This document shows positions 19,295-29,298 of a stretch of DNA of 64,000 nt, in pieces; positions within the stretch are counted from its first letter, which is position 1, and each line of letters starts with the position of its first letter. The DNA is from Terriglobia bacterium. Its GTDB lineage: Bacteria; Acidobacteriota; Terriglobia; Acidiferrales; UBA7541. Both the position numbers and the translations under genes were made by a program. Location: contig OY968796.1 of NCBI GenBank assembly GCA_963695545.1, forward strand, positions 3,840,001 to 3,904,000, in the 5' to 3' direction. The notes under the pieces are model-generated. The model ran no database searches and had not been told where the DNA came from. It worked only from the letters and a program-made list of their open reading frames with translations.

Positions 19295-21334
19295 ATGCGA
19301 AGGCCAAACGCGCAGCGCTCTTTTTGGGGATTGATCGCGGTTGCCGGGATATCGCTGCTCTGCGCGACTGCATCTTCGCAACAAACTGCTGATTCTTCGC
19401 AGCAGACCAAAACGGCACCGCCGGCGCGGAGGAACGTTATCATTTTCGTGGCTGATGGGTTGCGCGCCGGCTCGGTGAATCAGAAGGACGCGCCAACGCT
19501 TTGGGCGATTCGGCAGCAGGGCGTGAATTTCGCCAATAGTCACAGTTTGTATCCGACGGTGACCACGGCGAATGCGTCCGCGATTGCCACAGGACACCAA
19601 CTCGGCGATACCGGCGATTTCGGAAACACGCTTTGGGTCGGATACCCGACGTTTGACAGCGGGAATTTCAACATGGAGCCGGGCACGCCGGCACCGTTCC
19701 TCGAAAACCTCGAGATTCTTGGCGACCTTTCGAGCCACTTCGGCGGCAATTATCTGAACGAAACGACGCTGCTGACCGCCGCGGCGCAGAATGGCTTCAA
19801 CACCGCGTCGATTGGAAAGCTGGGGCCGGCGGCGATTCAAGAGTTGGAATCGATTGCTCCCAAACAAAAGGCATTTCCGTTTGGCAGCACGGCCATCCTG
19901 ATCGACGATCAAACCGGAACACCCGCGGGCTTTCCGATTTCGCCCGCGCTCACACAGAAAATCGTGGACGCGGGCCTTTCGCCCGAGGCGCCGACGCGCA
20001 GCAACGGCTACGGTCCTACGGCAGCTTGGAACAACGGCTATGCAGGAAATCGCACTCACGCGGGAACGCTGCAGGCGAATTCGACGCAGCAAGAATGGCT
20101 GGCGGACGTAACTACCAAAGTGGTGCTGCCGAAATTTCAAGCTGACGCGCCGAAGCCTTTCGTATTGCTGTTCTGGTCACGCGATCCGGACGGGTCGCAG
20201 CACGATCAGGGCGATAGTCTGGGCACGCTTTCGCCTGGAATCAACGGCGACACTTCGCGCGCGGGAGTGCGGAACGCCGACCGTAACCTCCGGGAAATTC
20301 TGGACTGGCTCGATGCGCATCCCGACGTGAAAGCCAACACCGACATTTTCGTGACCTCGGATCACGGCTTCGCCACGATCAGCCGCGAAGAAATCAACCG
20401 AACCGGCCGCAAAGCGGCGAGCGGGGCCGCGCAACATTATTATTACGATGCGGCAGGCAGCATCGATACGGATCAAGGGACGCTGCCCTACGGTTTTCTG
20501 GCAATCGACCTCGCGGTGGGAATGCAGACGAATTTATTCGATCCTAATCGGCCCGCGCCGGAAGGAAGTCCGGAGCCCTACCGGCAAGTGCCACTTGTCC
20601 CGGATATCTTCCAGCATCCCGTGGGCGGAAGCGGTCTGCTCGGCCCTGACGTGCGCAATCGTGACGGTTCGGATGCGCGAGCGATCGTCACGGCGAATGG
20701 CGGCTCGGACTTAATCTATGTTCCGGACAAAAGTCCGGAGACGGTGCGGCAAATTGTCGGATTGCTCACGACGTATGATTACGTGGGCGGAATTTTTGTT
20801 GACGATCAGTACGGGCCGATCGCTGGCACGCTTCCCATGAGCGCCGTCGGGCTTGTGGGTTCTGCGCTCACTCCTCGACCGGCAATCCTCGTGGCCTTCA
20901 CAACTTTCTATCTCGATCCCGGCGACTTGCAATCGGCTATCGAGATTTCCGACACGAGTCTGCAGGAGGGCCAAGGCAATCACGGAGGATTCGGGCGCGA
21001 TTGCACCCTCAACAACATGGCCGCGATCGGGCCCGATTTCAAGGCGGGATTTCTGGATCCGGCTCCCGTAAGCAATGCGGATATCGCTCCGACGATTGCG
21101 CATATTCTCGGATTAAAGATAACGTCGCGCGGCGCGCTGAAAGGCCGGGCGATTGTGGAAGCGCTTCGCGGAGAAGCCGATGCGATTCCCTTCACCGCGG
21201 CGACCAGCGAATCGCAGCCGGCCAACGGGAAGATCACGGTGCTGCAATTTCAGGAAGCCGGCGGCGAGCGATACTTCGATCGCGCCTGCTACATCGACGC
21301 CGCGAGCGCCGCTGGCGCCAATCCTTGCAATTAG
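19295..21334 (+). CDS. Alkaline phosphatase/nucleotide pyrophosphatase-phosphodiesterase family exported enzyme
   Basis: IIFVADGLR, PTVTTAN (Thr nucleophile), DPDGSQH, TSDHG, GNHGG; GAGGGG RBS. Confidence 0.88.
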   Translation: MRRPNAQRSFWGLIAVAGISLLCATASSQQTADSSQQTKTAPPARRNVIIFVADGLRAGSVNQKDAPTLWAIRQQGVNFANSHSLYPTVTTANASAIATGHQLGDTGDFGNTLWVGYPTFDSGNFNMEPGTPAPFLENLEILGDLSSHFGGNYLNETTLLTAAAQNGFNTASIGKLGPAAIQELESIAPKQKAFPFGSTAILIDDQTGTPAGFPISPALTQKIVDAGLSPEAPTRSNGYGPTAAWNNGYAGNRTHAGTLQANSTQQEWLADVTTKVVLPKFQADAPKPFVLLFWSRDPDGSQHDQGDSLGTLSPGINGDTSRAGVRNADRNLREILDWLDAHPDVKANTDIFVTSDHGFATISREEINRTGRKAASGAAQHYYYDAAGSIDTDQGTLPYGFLAIDLAVGMQTNLFDPNRPAPEGSPEPYRQVPLVPDIFQHPVGGSGLLGPDVRNRDGSDARAIVTANGGSDLIYVPDKSPETVRQIVGLLTTYDYVGGIFVDDQYGPIAGTLPMSAVGLVGSALTPRPAILVAFTTFYLDPGDLQSAIEISDTSLQEGQGNHGGFGRDCTLNNMAAIGPDFKAGFLDPAPVSNADIAPTIAHILGLKITSRGALKGRAIVEALRGEADAIPFTAATSESQPANGKITVLQFQEAGGERYFDRACYIDAASAAGANPCN

Positions 21335-21364
21335 TCTGGCGCTGAAGCGCGGCGCGCCGCGCGC

Positions 21365-22090
21365 TCAGTGCGCACCTTGCGCCAATTTCCGATCGCCGAA
21401 GATCGCGGTGCCAACGCGGACTTCCGTCGAACCTTCCTCGATCGCAACTTCAAAATCGTGGGACATTCCCATCGAAAGAACGGGCAGCGGCGTGCCGATG
21501 CGCCGCTCGAGAGCATCGCGCAGCTCGCGCAGGCGGCGGAAGGCGGGCCGCGCTCCGGGCGCGTCGCCCATCGGCGGAGGAACGCCCATCAGGCCGCGGA
21601 GTTCAAGATGCGGCAGCGCGAGGACTCCGTCGGCTACGGCGTCGAGATCTTCTTCGCGAACGCCGGATTTCGCGGGCGCTGCGTCGAGGCGCACTTCGAT
21701 CAACACGCGAAGGCGCGCGGAAGGCGCGGGATCGAGCGCCGTCCGCGCGCGTTCGAGGCGTCGCGCGAGCTCGAGGCTATCGAGCGAATCGATGGCGTGA
21801 AACAGAGTGGCGGCGCGCGCGGCTTTGTTGCTTTGCAGATGGCCGACGAAATGCCAGACGGCGTTGAGATCGGCGACTTCGGGGCGCTTCGATTCCCATT
21901 CCTGAATGCGGCTCTCGCCGAAATGGCGCGCGCCTGCGGCGTAGGCTTCGCGGATCAGCGGAGCGGGAAAAGTTTTGGACACGGCGATCAGCGTGACGTC
22001 TTCGGCGTGGCGGCCGGAGCGCGAGGCGGCCTGCGCGATGCGGGCGAGCGCATCGGACAGATTCTCGGCAACGGAGAAATTGCGCTGCAT
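21365..22090 (-). CDS. yggS: PLP homeostasis protein YggS/PROSC
   Basis: LIAVSKT, FGESRIQE, WHFVGHLQSNK, LSMGMSHDFEVAIEEGSTEVRVGTAIFG. Confidence 0.95.
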   Translation of the reverse strand: MQRNFSVAENLSDALARIAQAASRSGRHAEDVTLIAVSKTFPAPLIREAYAAGARHFGESRIQEWESKRPEVADLNAVWHFVGHLQSNKAARAATLFHAIDSLDSLELARRLERARTALDPAPSARLRVLIEVRLDAAPAKSGVREEDLDAVADGVLALPHLELRGLMGVPPPMGDAPGARPAFRRLRELRDALERRIGTPLPVLSMGMSHDFEVAIEEGSTEVRVGTAIFGDRKLAQGAH

Positions 22091-22228
22091 GTCGCGCATT
22101 TTATCAGGGATGGCAGCGGCGCAAAATACCGGCCCACGGCGCGCCGCGCCGCGCGAGGATGACGAATGAACGCGGCGCGAATGCGAGTTGCGGGGCGAGG
22201 CGCACGCGGATACACTGGTCGAAATCAC

Positions 22229-22927
22229 ATGCCTGCGCGCGGCACATTCATCGCCATCGAGGGAATAGACGGTTCGGGGAAGCGCACTCAAATTGAGTTG
22301 CTTGGCCGCGCTCTCGATCAACGCGGCATCCGCTACGTGTGTTTCAGTTTTCCGCGCTACGAATCGTCGTTCGGACAACTCGCCGCCAGCTATTTGAACG
22401 GCGAATTCGGGCCGCTCGAGCGCGTGGACCCGCATTTTTCGGCGCTGCTTTTTGCCGGAGACCGCTTTGAATCGAAAGGCGAACTGGAAGCGGCGCTGGC
22501 AAAGGGCAGAGTCGTGCTGGCGGATCGCTACATCGCGTCGAACCTGGCGCATCAAACGGCGCGCGTAGGTCCGCAGCGGCGCGAGGAATTTTCTTCGTGG
22601 CTGAAACGGCTGGAGTACGGAATTTATGGCCTGCCGGTGGAGGACCTGGTGATCTATCTGCGGCTGCCGGCCGCGAAAGCTCAGGAATTGATCGGCCGCA
22701 AGGGCACGCGCGATTACACCAAGCTTTCGCGCGATCTTCAGGAAGCGGACGTGAAACACCTCGAACAGGCCGCGCTGGTATACGACCGTCTGGCGACCGA
22801 GGCGAATTGGCGGACGATCGAATGCTGCGAAGGCGCGGCGAACAGTCTTCGCGCGCCGGAATCCATCCACGTCGATGTGCTCGCCGCGATTGAGGCGGTC
22901 TTGCCGGCGGTTCCGGCGCGGGCCTGA
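22229..22927 (+). CDS. tmk: Thymidylate kinase
   Basis: FIAIEGIDGSGKRTQ, LLFAGDR, VLADRYIASNLAHQ. Confidence 0.92.
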   Translation: MPARGTFIAIEGIDGSGKRTQIELLGRALDQRGIRYVCFSFPRYESSFGQLAASYLNGEFGPLERVDPHFSALLFAGDRFESKGELEAALAKGRVVLADRYIASNLAHQTARVGPQRREEFSSWLKRLEYGIYGLPVEDLVIYLRLPAAKAQELIGRKGTRDYTKLSRDLQEADVKHLEQAALVYDRLATEANWRTIECCEGAANSLRAPESIHVDVLAAIEAVLPAVPARA

Positions 22928-22960
22928 ACAGTCAATCGAAATACAGGACAGAACAAAAAA

Positions 22961-24094
22961 TTGGGATTTAGCGAATTCGCCGGCAATCAAAGGATCGTCG
23001 CGGCGCTGCGCGGGATGCTCGCCGGCGGACGCGTGCCTCACGCGCTGATGTTTACGGGACCGCGGGGCGTGGGGAAATACACGCTGGCGCGGATGTTCGC
23101 CCAGGCCGCAAACTGCGAGCGGTTGACCGACGATTTCTGCGGCGAGTGCGCAACCTGCCTGCGCATCGCGGAGCTCGCCGATCCGCAGCCGATCATCGAG
23201 CGCGCGCTTGCCGAGCGCGGCGAAAGCGCCGACGCCGCGGCGGTCGAGCGAATGCCGCTTCTGCTGCAACCGCATCCGGATGTATGCGTGGTGGTGCCGG
23301 ACCCGATTCGATTGAAGACTCCGGTGGCGCGGCCGGTGCTGCACGTGGGCCAACTGCGAGCAGTGCAGCGCGCCGCTTATTTCCGACCTACGGGCCGGCG
23401 GCGCGTGTTCGTGCTTGACGGCGGGGAAACCATGCGCTGGGACTACGCCAACATTTTCCTGAAAATCCTGGAAGAGCCGCCGGAGAGCGCCACGCTGATT
23501 CTGCTCGCGCCCAGCCCGTTTGCGCTGCTGGGAACGATTCGTTCGCGGTGCCTTCAATTCCATTTCGCGCCGCTCGAAGCGCTGCAGGTGGAGGCCATTC
23601 TGAGCGAGCACAGCGAACTCGGGGCCGCGCAACGAAAACTGGCGGCGCAATTGTCCGACGGCAGCCCAGGCGTGGCGCTGAGTATGGATCCCGATGCGGC
23701 GATGGCGCTCCGGCGCGACGTTTTGGCGGTGATCGAGCGCGCGGCGAAGCCCGGCCCGCTTTCGGATTTGTTCAGCCGCACGGCGCAACTTTCCAAACAA
23801 CGCGAAGTGCCGTTTGAACAGGTGCTTGAGGTGTTCTACAGCCTGCTGAGCGATTTGTTGGAATTGACGTGGACCGGATCGCACGAGCGCATGCGCAATG
23901 CACCGCTGCGCGAGGAACTCGAGGCGCTGGCAAAACACGTCGATCCGGCGTGGGTGGCGGCGATGGTGGGCGGATTGGACGGGCTTTCCTCGCGGCTGCG
24001 GCGCAATATCAGCCGCCAGCTTGGGCTTGACGCGCTGGCCACCGCGCCGGGGACGGGCAGCGCTGAAGCGCAGCGTCGGCCTGTGTCGAGCTAA
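22961..24094 (+). CDS. holB: DNA polymerase III subunit delta'
   Basis: HALMFTGPRGVGK, CGECATC, HPDV, LKILEEPP, TIRSRC; directly after tmk. Confidence 0.92.
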   Translation: MGFSEFAGNQRIVAALRGMLAGGRVPHALMFTGPRGVGKYTLARMFAQAANCERLTDDFCGECATCLRIAELADPQPIIERALAERGESADAAAVERMPLLLQPHPDVCVVVPDPIRLKTPVARPVLHVGQLRAVQRAAYFRPTGRRRVFVLDGGETMRWDYANIFLKILEEPPESATLILLAPSPFALLGTIRSRCLQFHFAPLEALQVEAILSEHSELGAAQRKLAAQLSDGSPGVALSMDPDAAMALRRDVLAVIERAAKPGPLSDLFSRTAQLSKQREVPFEQVLEVFYSLLSDLLELTWTGSHERMRNAPLREELEALAKHVDPAWVAAMVGGLDGLSSRLRRNISRQLGLDALATAPGTGSAEAQRRPVSS

Positions 24095-24260
24095 GTAGTG
24101 CGACACCGAATCCCTCGCGACGCTATAATCCAAATATAAATCCGTGTAACCAAACTGTCCTTCGTGGCGTCTCATGAGCAGAAGCGCGAGTTTTTCCACC
24201 CCGGGGGCTGTGTCGGGCAGCCCACTCCTGGACGGGTTTCTTGTGGAGATAGGAGTTGTG

Positions 24261-24602
24261 ATGGTCAATCGGAAGCTTTTTCGCCCCACTCTCACCGAAG
24301 TCAAAGAGCAGGCGCCCGTCCGCACGCAACATTCGGGCCCGCAGCCTCACAAGAAGCCGGCCCCGCCCGAGCAAACCAACGCCGAGGGATTTTACTGGGT
24401 GAAGCAGATGCAAGCGCACACGCCGATGGTTATCGTGCTGACCGACGGCGAAGTGCTGCACGGGACAATCGAATGGTATGACCGGGATTGCGTGAAGCTG
24501 ACGCGCTTCGGGAGCCCGAACCTCTTGGTGTACAAACAAGTGATCAAGTACCTCTACAAAGAAGGGGAAGAAAACGCGCAGGGGGGCTCGAACGGAGCCT
24601 GA
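24261..24602 (+). CDS. Hfq-like (Sm-fold) RNA chaperone with Pro-rich N-terminal extension
   Basis: TPMVIVLTDGEVLHGTIEWYDRDCVKL...LLVYKQVIKY resembles Sm1/Sm2 (YKHAI) motifs; AGGAG RBS. Confidence 0.75.
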   Translation: MVNRKLFRPTLTEVKEQAPVRTQHSGPQPHKKPAPPEQTNAEGFYWVKQMQAHTPMVIVLTDGEVLHGTIEWYDRDCVKLTRFGSPNLLVYKQVIKYLYKEGEENAQGGSNGA

Positions 24603-24837
24603 CGCGACGGTATGCGCGCCGAGATGGCGCGAAGCTTCGCCACTTGCCGCGTAATATTCGCGCCCGCTGAGGGTCATCGCAGCCCGCCAATTGTAGCCGT
24701 CGCCCGCAAATCGCGGTTCCGCTCCAAACATCGCTCACGCTGGAATCGGTGCAAGTAAAATAAGCGCCACGCGGCGGGGCGCCCCGTGCAAGGCCAGTTA
24801 GTTTACTGTATACTAACGCAGGCGTTCCGGGGGGCCC

Positions 24838-27288
24838 GTGCTCGGAGAACTTGGGAGAGACCTGCGCTTCGCGGCGCGGATGTTGTTTAAGAACCGCGTG
24901 GTCACGCTGCTCGCGGTGGCGACTTTGAGTTTGGGCGTCGGCGCGAGCACCGCGGTTTTTAGCGTGGTGGACGCCGTGGTGCTGCGCCCTCTGCACTTCC
25001 CACATTCCGACAGAATCTGTTTCGTTTGGAAAACGAATCCGACGCGCGGCGCGGATTCCCTGCCGGTGTCTCCGGCGGAGTTTCTCGATTGGCGAGAACG
25101 CAGCCACTCGTTTTCGCAACTTTCGGCGTGGCGCGCGTGGTTCTACACGCTGACGGGCGAAGGACAGCCCGAGCAGGTGTGGGGCGTACGCGTATCCGCG
25201 AATTTTTTTGACTTGCTCGAGGTAAGGCCCGAGCAAGGCCGCACGTTTCTTCCCGATGAAGAGCAACCCGGGCACGACGCCGAGGCCGTACTGACGCACG
25301 CAATATGGATGCGTCGCTACGGCGGCGACCCGGGCCTGGTGAACCGGACGATTTTGATCGACGGAAAGCCGGTCACGGTCGTCGGCATTCTGCCGCGGGA
25401 ATATGACCATTTGTTCGCCGAGCGCGCGTACGACGTGTTTATGCCGCTGCCGCTGGTGCGCGACGAAGCGGCGCGGCGATACGATTCGCTTGTGGTGTAC
25501 GGAAGGCTGCGTGACGGCGTCTCGCTCGCCGCGGCGCAATCGGAAATGCAATCCATCTTCGCCGATCTTCGGCGCGAATATCCGGACGCGGATGTTGGCG
25601 ACGGCATCCGCATCGCGCCAGTGCTGGACGATTACGTGCGGCCGGCGCGGCCGGCGCTTTATTTGTTGCTGGGAGCCGCGCTGCTGGTTTTGCTGATTGC
25701 TTGCGCGAACGTGGCATGCTTGTTGCTGGCGCGCGGCTCGGCGCGCAACAAAGAGATGGCTATACGCAGGGCGCTCGGAGCGAGACCGTGGCGCATGGTG
25801 CGGCAACTGCTGATCGAAAGCGTGCTGCTGGGAATCGGCGGAGGGCTCGCGGGGATTTGGATGGGATATCTCGCGCTCGAGGGGTTTCGCGGACTGGGTA
25901 CGCTGCCGGGCATTCCCCGGCTGGGCTTGGCGGGATTGAATGTGGAAGTGTTGGGATTCGCACTCGCACTTTCGGTGGCGACGGGAGTTTTGTTCGGATT
26001 GGCGCCGGCGGCGAGCACCCTGCGCGGCAATCTGGGCGAGACGCTCAAGGAGGGAGGGCGATCCGGCGGCGCGGGCCGCAATCGCCGAAGATTTCAGGAC
26101 GCGGTGGTGGTGTTCGAGGTGGCCATCTCGCTGGTGTTGCTGGTTGGCGCGGGATTGTTGATGCGGAGTTTCGTAGCGCTGGTCGAGATGAGTCCCGGGT
26201 TTCGCCACGACCATGTGCTCACGATGCAAGTTTTTCTGCCGCAGAATAAATATGCCGATCCTGAACGCGCCGCCGATTTCTTCGCGAGAACGCTTGAAGA
26301 GGTGCGCGGCGTGCCGGGAGTGCTGAGCGCGGGGGCCATCAGTTTTCTGCCGCTGAGCGGCTGGACGGCGTACGTGGAATTCGCGATCGACGGCAAACCC
26401 GTGACGCCCGACAACGTTCCGTGGGCCAACGACATGGTGGTTACAAGCGACTATTTTCGTACCATCGGGATTTCGATCGAGAGCGGCCGCGCGTTTACCG
26501 AGGCCGACGACGCGAACGCTTCCGGCGCCGCGATTCTGAGCCGCACCGCAGCGGAATTCTACTTCCCCGGCGAGGATGCTGTCGGGCAGCGCATCTCGAT
26601 CCATGTTGAACCCACGACTGCGCCGGGAGCGCCGCGCCTGCGCGCGGGGTGGCTGACCATTGTCGGCGTGGTGGGGGATATTCACGATTGGGAATCGGGC
26701 GATCCGAAAAATCCGGTGATTTATTTGCCGGCGGCGCAGAATCCTTCGGCGTTGATGAGTCTGACGATTCGCACGCAGCGCGATCCGCTGGCAGCGGCGC
26801 CGGCGGTGGTGGACGCGCTTCATCGAGTGGACGCGGACCAACCTGTGACGGAAATTAAAAGCATGGACCAATATATCGATGAGGCTTTCGGAATTCGGCG
26901 GTTCAACTTGATGCTGCTCGCGGCGTTCGCGGGGATCGCGGTGCTGCTGGCAGCGGTGGGGCTGTACGGATTGATGGCGTACAGCGTGAGCCAGCGCACG
27001 CAGGAAATCGGTGTGCGCATGGCGCTGGGAGCGGAACCGCGCGACATCCGGCGGATGGTGCTGAACGAAGGTTTGCGGCTTGGGCTGTGGGGATTGCTGG
27101 CGGGATTTATTGCCGCGATTGGGTTGGCGCGATTGCTTGAAAGCGATCTTTTCGGCGTAGTGATGTGGGATCCGGTTACTTACATCGGCGTGGCGGCGCT
27201 GCTGCTCGTGGTGACGGGGCTCGCTTCGTACTGGCCGGCGCGGCGAGCGACGCGCGTGGATCCGCTGCGCGCGCTGCGCTACGAGTAG
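24838..27288 (+). CDS. ABC transporter permease, duplicated MacB/FtsX type (ADOP-like)
   Basis: DLRFAARML, LIACANVA..LLAR, EMAIRRALGA, second half RTQEIGVRMALGA, PARRATRVDPLRALRYE. Confidence 0.93.
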   Translation: MLGELGRDLRFAARMLFKNRVVTLLAVATLSLGVGASTAVFSVVDAVVLRPLHFPHSDRICFVWKTNPTRGADSLPVSPAEFLDWRERSHSFSQLSAWRAWFYTLTGEGQPEQVWGVRVSANFFDLLEVRPEQGRTFLPDEEQPGHDAEAVLTHAIWMRRYGGDPGLVNRTILIDGKPVTVVGILPREYDHLFAERAYDVFMPLPLVRDEAARRYDSLVVYGRLRDGVSLAAAQSEMQSIFADLRREYPDADVGDGIRIAPVLDDYVRPARPALYLLLGAALLVLLIACANVACLLLARGSARNKEMAIRRALGARPWRMVRQLLIESVLLGIGGGLAGIWMGYLALEGFRGLGTLPGIPRLGLAGLNVEVLGFALALSVATGVLFGLAPAASTLRGNLGETLKEGGRSGGAGRNRRRFQDAVVVFEVAISLVLLVGAGLLMRSFVALVEMSPGFRHDHVLTMQVFLPQNKYADPERAADFFARTLEEVRGVPGVLSAGAISFLPLSGWTAYVEFAIDGKPVTPDNVPWANDMVVTSDYFRTIGISIESGRAFTEADDANASGAAILSRTAAEFYFPGEDAVGQRISIHVEPTTAPGAPRLRAGWLTIVGVVGDIHDWESGDPKNPVIYLPAAQNPSALMSLTIRTQRDPLAAAPAVVDALHRVDADQPVTEIKSMDQYIDEAFGIRRFNLMLLAAFAGIAVLLAAVGLYGLMAYSVSQRTQEIGVRMALGAEPRDIRRMVLNEGLRLGLWGLLAGFIAAIGLARLLESDLFGVVMWDPVTYIGVAALLLVVTGLASYWPARRATRVDPLRALRYE

Positions 27289-28634
27289 GACGGTTTGGCT
27301 CCATCGCCGCCGGGCAGCGCGGTGACCAGTTCGGGAACTTCGATGCGAATGCGCGTACCCTCGCCTTCGCGGCTGGTGATGTCCATGGTGAAGTCGCCGC
27401 CGTAGAGCACGCGCAAGCGCTCGTGCACGTTGCTGATGCCGATTCCCTCGTCGTAAACCTTCGCAAGCCGCGCTTCTGGAATTCCCACGCCGTTGTCTTC
27501 GACTTCGATCACCAGGCGGCCATCACGCGAAGTCGCGCGAATCAGGATGGTGCCGCCTTCGAGCTTGGCGGAAAGGCCGTGCTTGAGCGAATTTTCGACG
27601 ATGGGTTGCAGGAGCATGCTGGGGACGAAGGTTTCGACGGAGCGCTCGTCGACTTCTTTGGAGATGCGGAGGTTGTCGCGGCCGAAGCGCGCGACTTCGA
27701 TATCGAGATAGTCGTCCACGAATTCGATTTCTTCACGCAGCGGGACGAAAGTTTCGTGCTGGCGGAGGAGGCGGCGCAGAATGCTGCTGAGTTTGATGAG
27801 CACTTCGCGCGCGAGATCGGGATCGTAGCGGATGAGCGACGAAACGGTGTTCAGCGTGTTGAAAAGAAAATGCGGATTGATCTGGCTGGAGAGCGCGGCC
27901 ATGCGCGCTTTGAGCAGAAGCTGCTGGTGCTGCTCGAGATTCATTTCGACGCGCGTGTTGTTCCAGATTTTGATGGGCACGGCGACGGCCGTCATGGTGG
28001 CGCCCATGGCCACGGCAAGTTGCCAGCCGTTGTGAGCTTGAATGCAGAAAAGCCAACGCGGATGCGTGGCGTGGACCAGGAATTGGCGGCCGAGTTCGAG
28101 AACGAGTGAACCCGCGAGGGGCAACATCACCCAACTGCCGCGGCCTTCGCGCACCAGGCGCACCACCCACCGCGGGACTCCCAAAAACGTGAAGGGACCG
28201 AAATTCCAGATCTCTTCTTTGTTGGGAATGATCTGGCGAATGAGGCCGCCCATAAGGCCCACGGCTGCCGCCACGGGCATCGCAAGCCACTCACGATGAG
28301 CGAACGCCGGGAGGCTGACGATCGATCCGCCGAGAGGTCCGACGACGCGGCCACCGAGCAAACCGAGCAGGAAGGAACCTTCGAGCATGAGGTCGGCGAA
28401 CTGGTAGGGCGGGCCGCCAATTATGCGGATGGCGACGCTGAGCATCAGCGCGGGCGTGAGGAAGAGCATGAGCTTGAGTTTGAGATCGGAATCGCGGACT
28501 TCGGCGTAGAGCACGCGGCGAAAAATACTCCAGCGAGCCATGAGCGCGGCGAGCGAGGCCGCGACCAGCACCTTCAGCAAGAGCGTGAAGAGAAAGTCTT
28601 TGCCGGATGAAAGCGATTCGAGCGGCGTCAGCAA
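27279..28634 (-). CDS. LytS/YehU family sensor histidine kinase
   Basis: Multi-TM N-terminus, LSSQINPHFLFNTLN, LQPIVENSLKHG, EDNGVG, GIGISNVHERL. Confidence 0.93.
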   Translation of the reverse strand: MLTPLESLSSGKDFLFTLLLKVLVAASLAALMARWSIFRRVLYAEVRDSDLKLKLMLFLTPALMLSVAIRIIGGPPYQFADLMLEGSFLLGLLGGRVVGPLGGSIVSLPAFAHREWLAMPVAAAVGLMGGLIRQIIPNKEEIWNFGPFTFLGVPRWVVRLVREGRGSWVMLPLAGSLVLELGRQFLVHATHPRWLFCIQAHNGWQLAVAMGATMTAVAVPIKIWNNTRVEMNLEQHQQLLLKARMAALSSQINPHFLFNTLNTVSSLIRYDPDLAREVLIKLSSILRRLLRQHETFVPLREEIEFVDDYLDIEVARFGRDNLRISKEVDERSVETFVPSMLLQPIVENSLKHGLSAKLEGGTILIRATSRDGRLVIEVEDNGVGIPEARLAKVYDEGIGISNVHERLRVLYGGDFTMDITSREGEGTRIRIEVPELVTALPGGDGAKPSYS

Positions 28635-28869
28635 ATCATGCTCCGTGGGAGCGAGTGCGATCGAGGCGAGCGCGCTCGACTGAGACGTTAGCCAATGACG
28701 GAGGGAATGTAAAGCGCGGGCGAAAAACGGGATGATGGGCGAGATAGTGAGAAGCGAAGGCGGCGATTTCAGCGTTGAAATTGGAGAGTTGGGACAATCC
28801 GGATTTGCAGGTGGTGCGGGGCGGGTTCAAAAGCTCAAGTAATGGTTTGAGGTTGTGGTGAAGCGACAG

Positions 28870-29192
28870 CCTATACACCCCGGGTGTGATTTTCTTAAGT
28901 GCGGCAAACAAAGGAGATGCAGAAAAAGAGTGCGGATGAGTATGGAAACAAAGGGATATAATGGTTTTTGTTTTGAACGAGTTGCGCACTCTTTTGCAAG
29001 ACATTGATAACAAAGGGGCTGTAGAGGGGGTTTCGTGTAGATGGGCGCGGGATTTGGCAAGGCCGACGACGCGCAGTGACTCGGGGATGCGAGGAGGGAG
29101 TGGCGTTACGAGGATTTGCTGGCTGCTCACACCACCTTGTGGCATAGAAGTGAACACACGTCAATAGTAGTTTATGAGTATAGCATTCGAAT
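28870..29192 (-). repeat. Non-coding element (copy B), homologous to 9241-9651
   Basis: TACACCCCGGGT, GCGGCAAA, AAAAGAGTGCG/CGCACTCTTTT IR, shared 24-mer, GTCAATA..ATTCGAAT end. Confidence 0.7.
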
Positions 29193-29298
29193 GGAGTTCC
29201 GGCGGCGCCCCACGGCGCTATTCGAAACAATTGTGTCGTCCCTACGGGCTGGTTTTCGATGCCATCGCAATGCGGGGGCGCGGCGCCGGGCGTTCGAT

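Noticed and set aside
21365..24325. 986-aa ORF that looks like a YggS fusion
   Set aside because: Only the last ~240 aa are YggS. The rest is the antisense shadow of tmk and holB, which are well supported on the + strand.
24544..26871. 775-aa minus-strand ORF and similar long antisense ORFs over the nuo genes
   Set aside because: Typical stop-poor shadow frames in GC-rich DNA opposite well-supported genes.
29185..29199. ATTC-N7-GTTC resembling a LexA box
   Set aside because: One mismatch, not conserved in the homologous element at 9.6 kb, and not upstream of an SOS gene.
28636..29230. ORFs of 68-173 aa in the AT-richer spacer (also 9163-9603)
   Set aside because: They overlap the non-coding repeat element, lack codon bias and RBS, and DNA similarity between copies is not frame-preserving.
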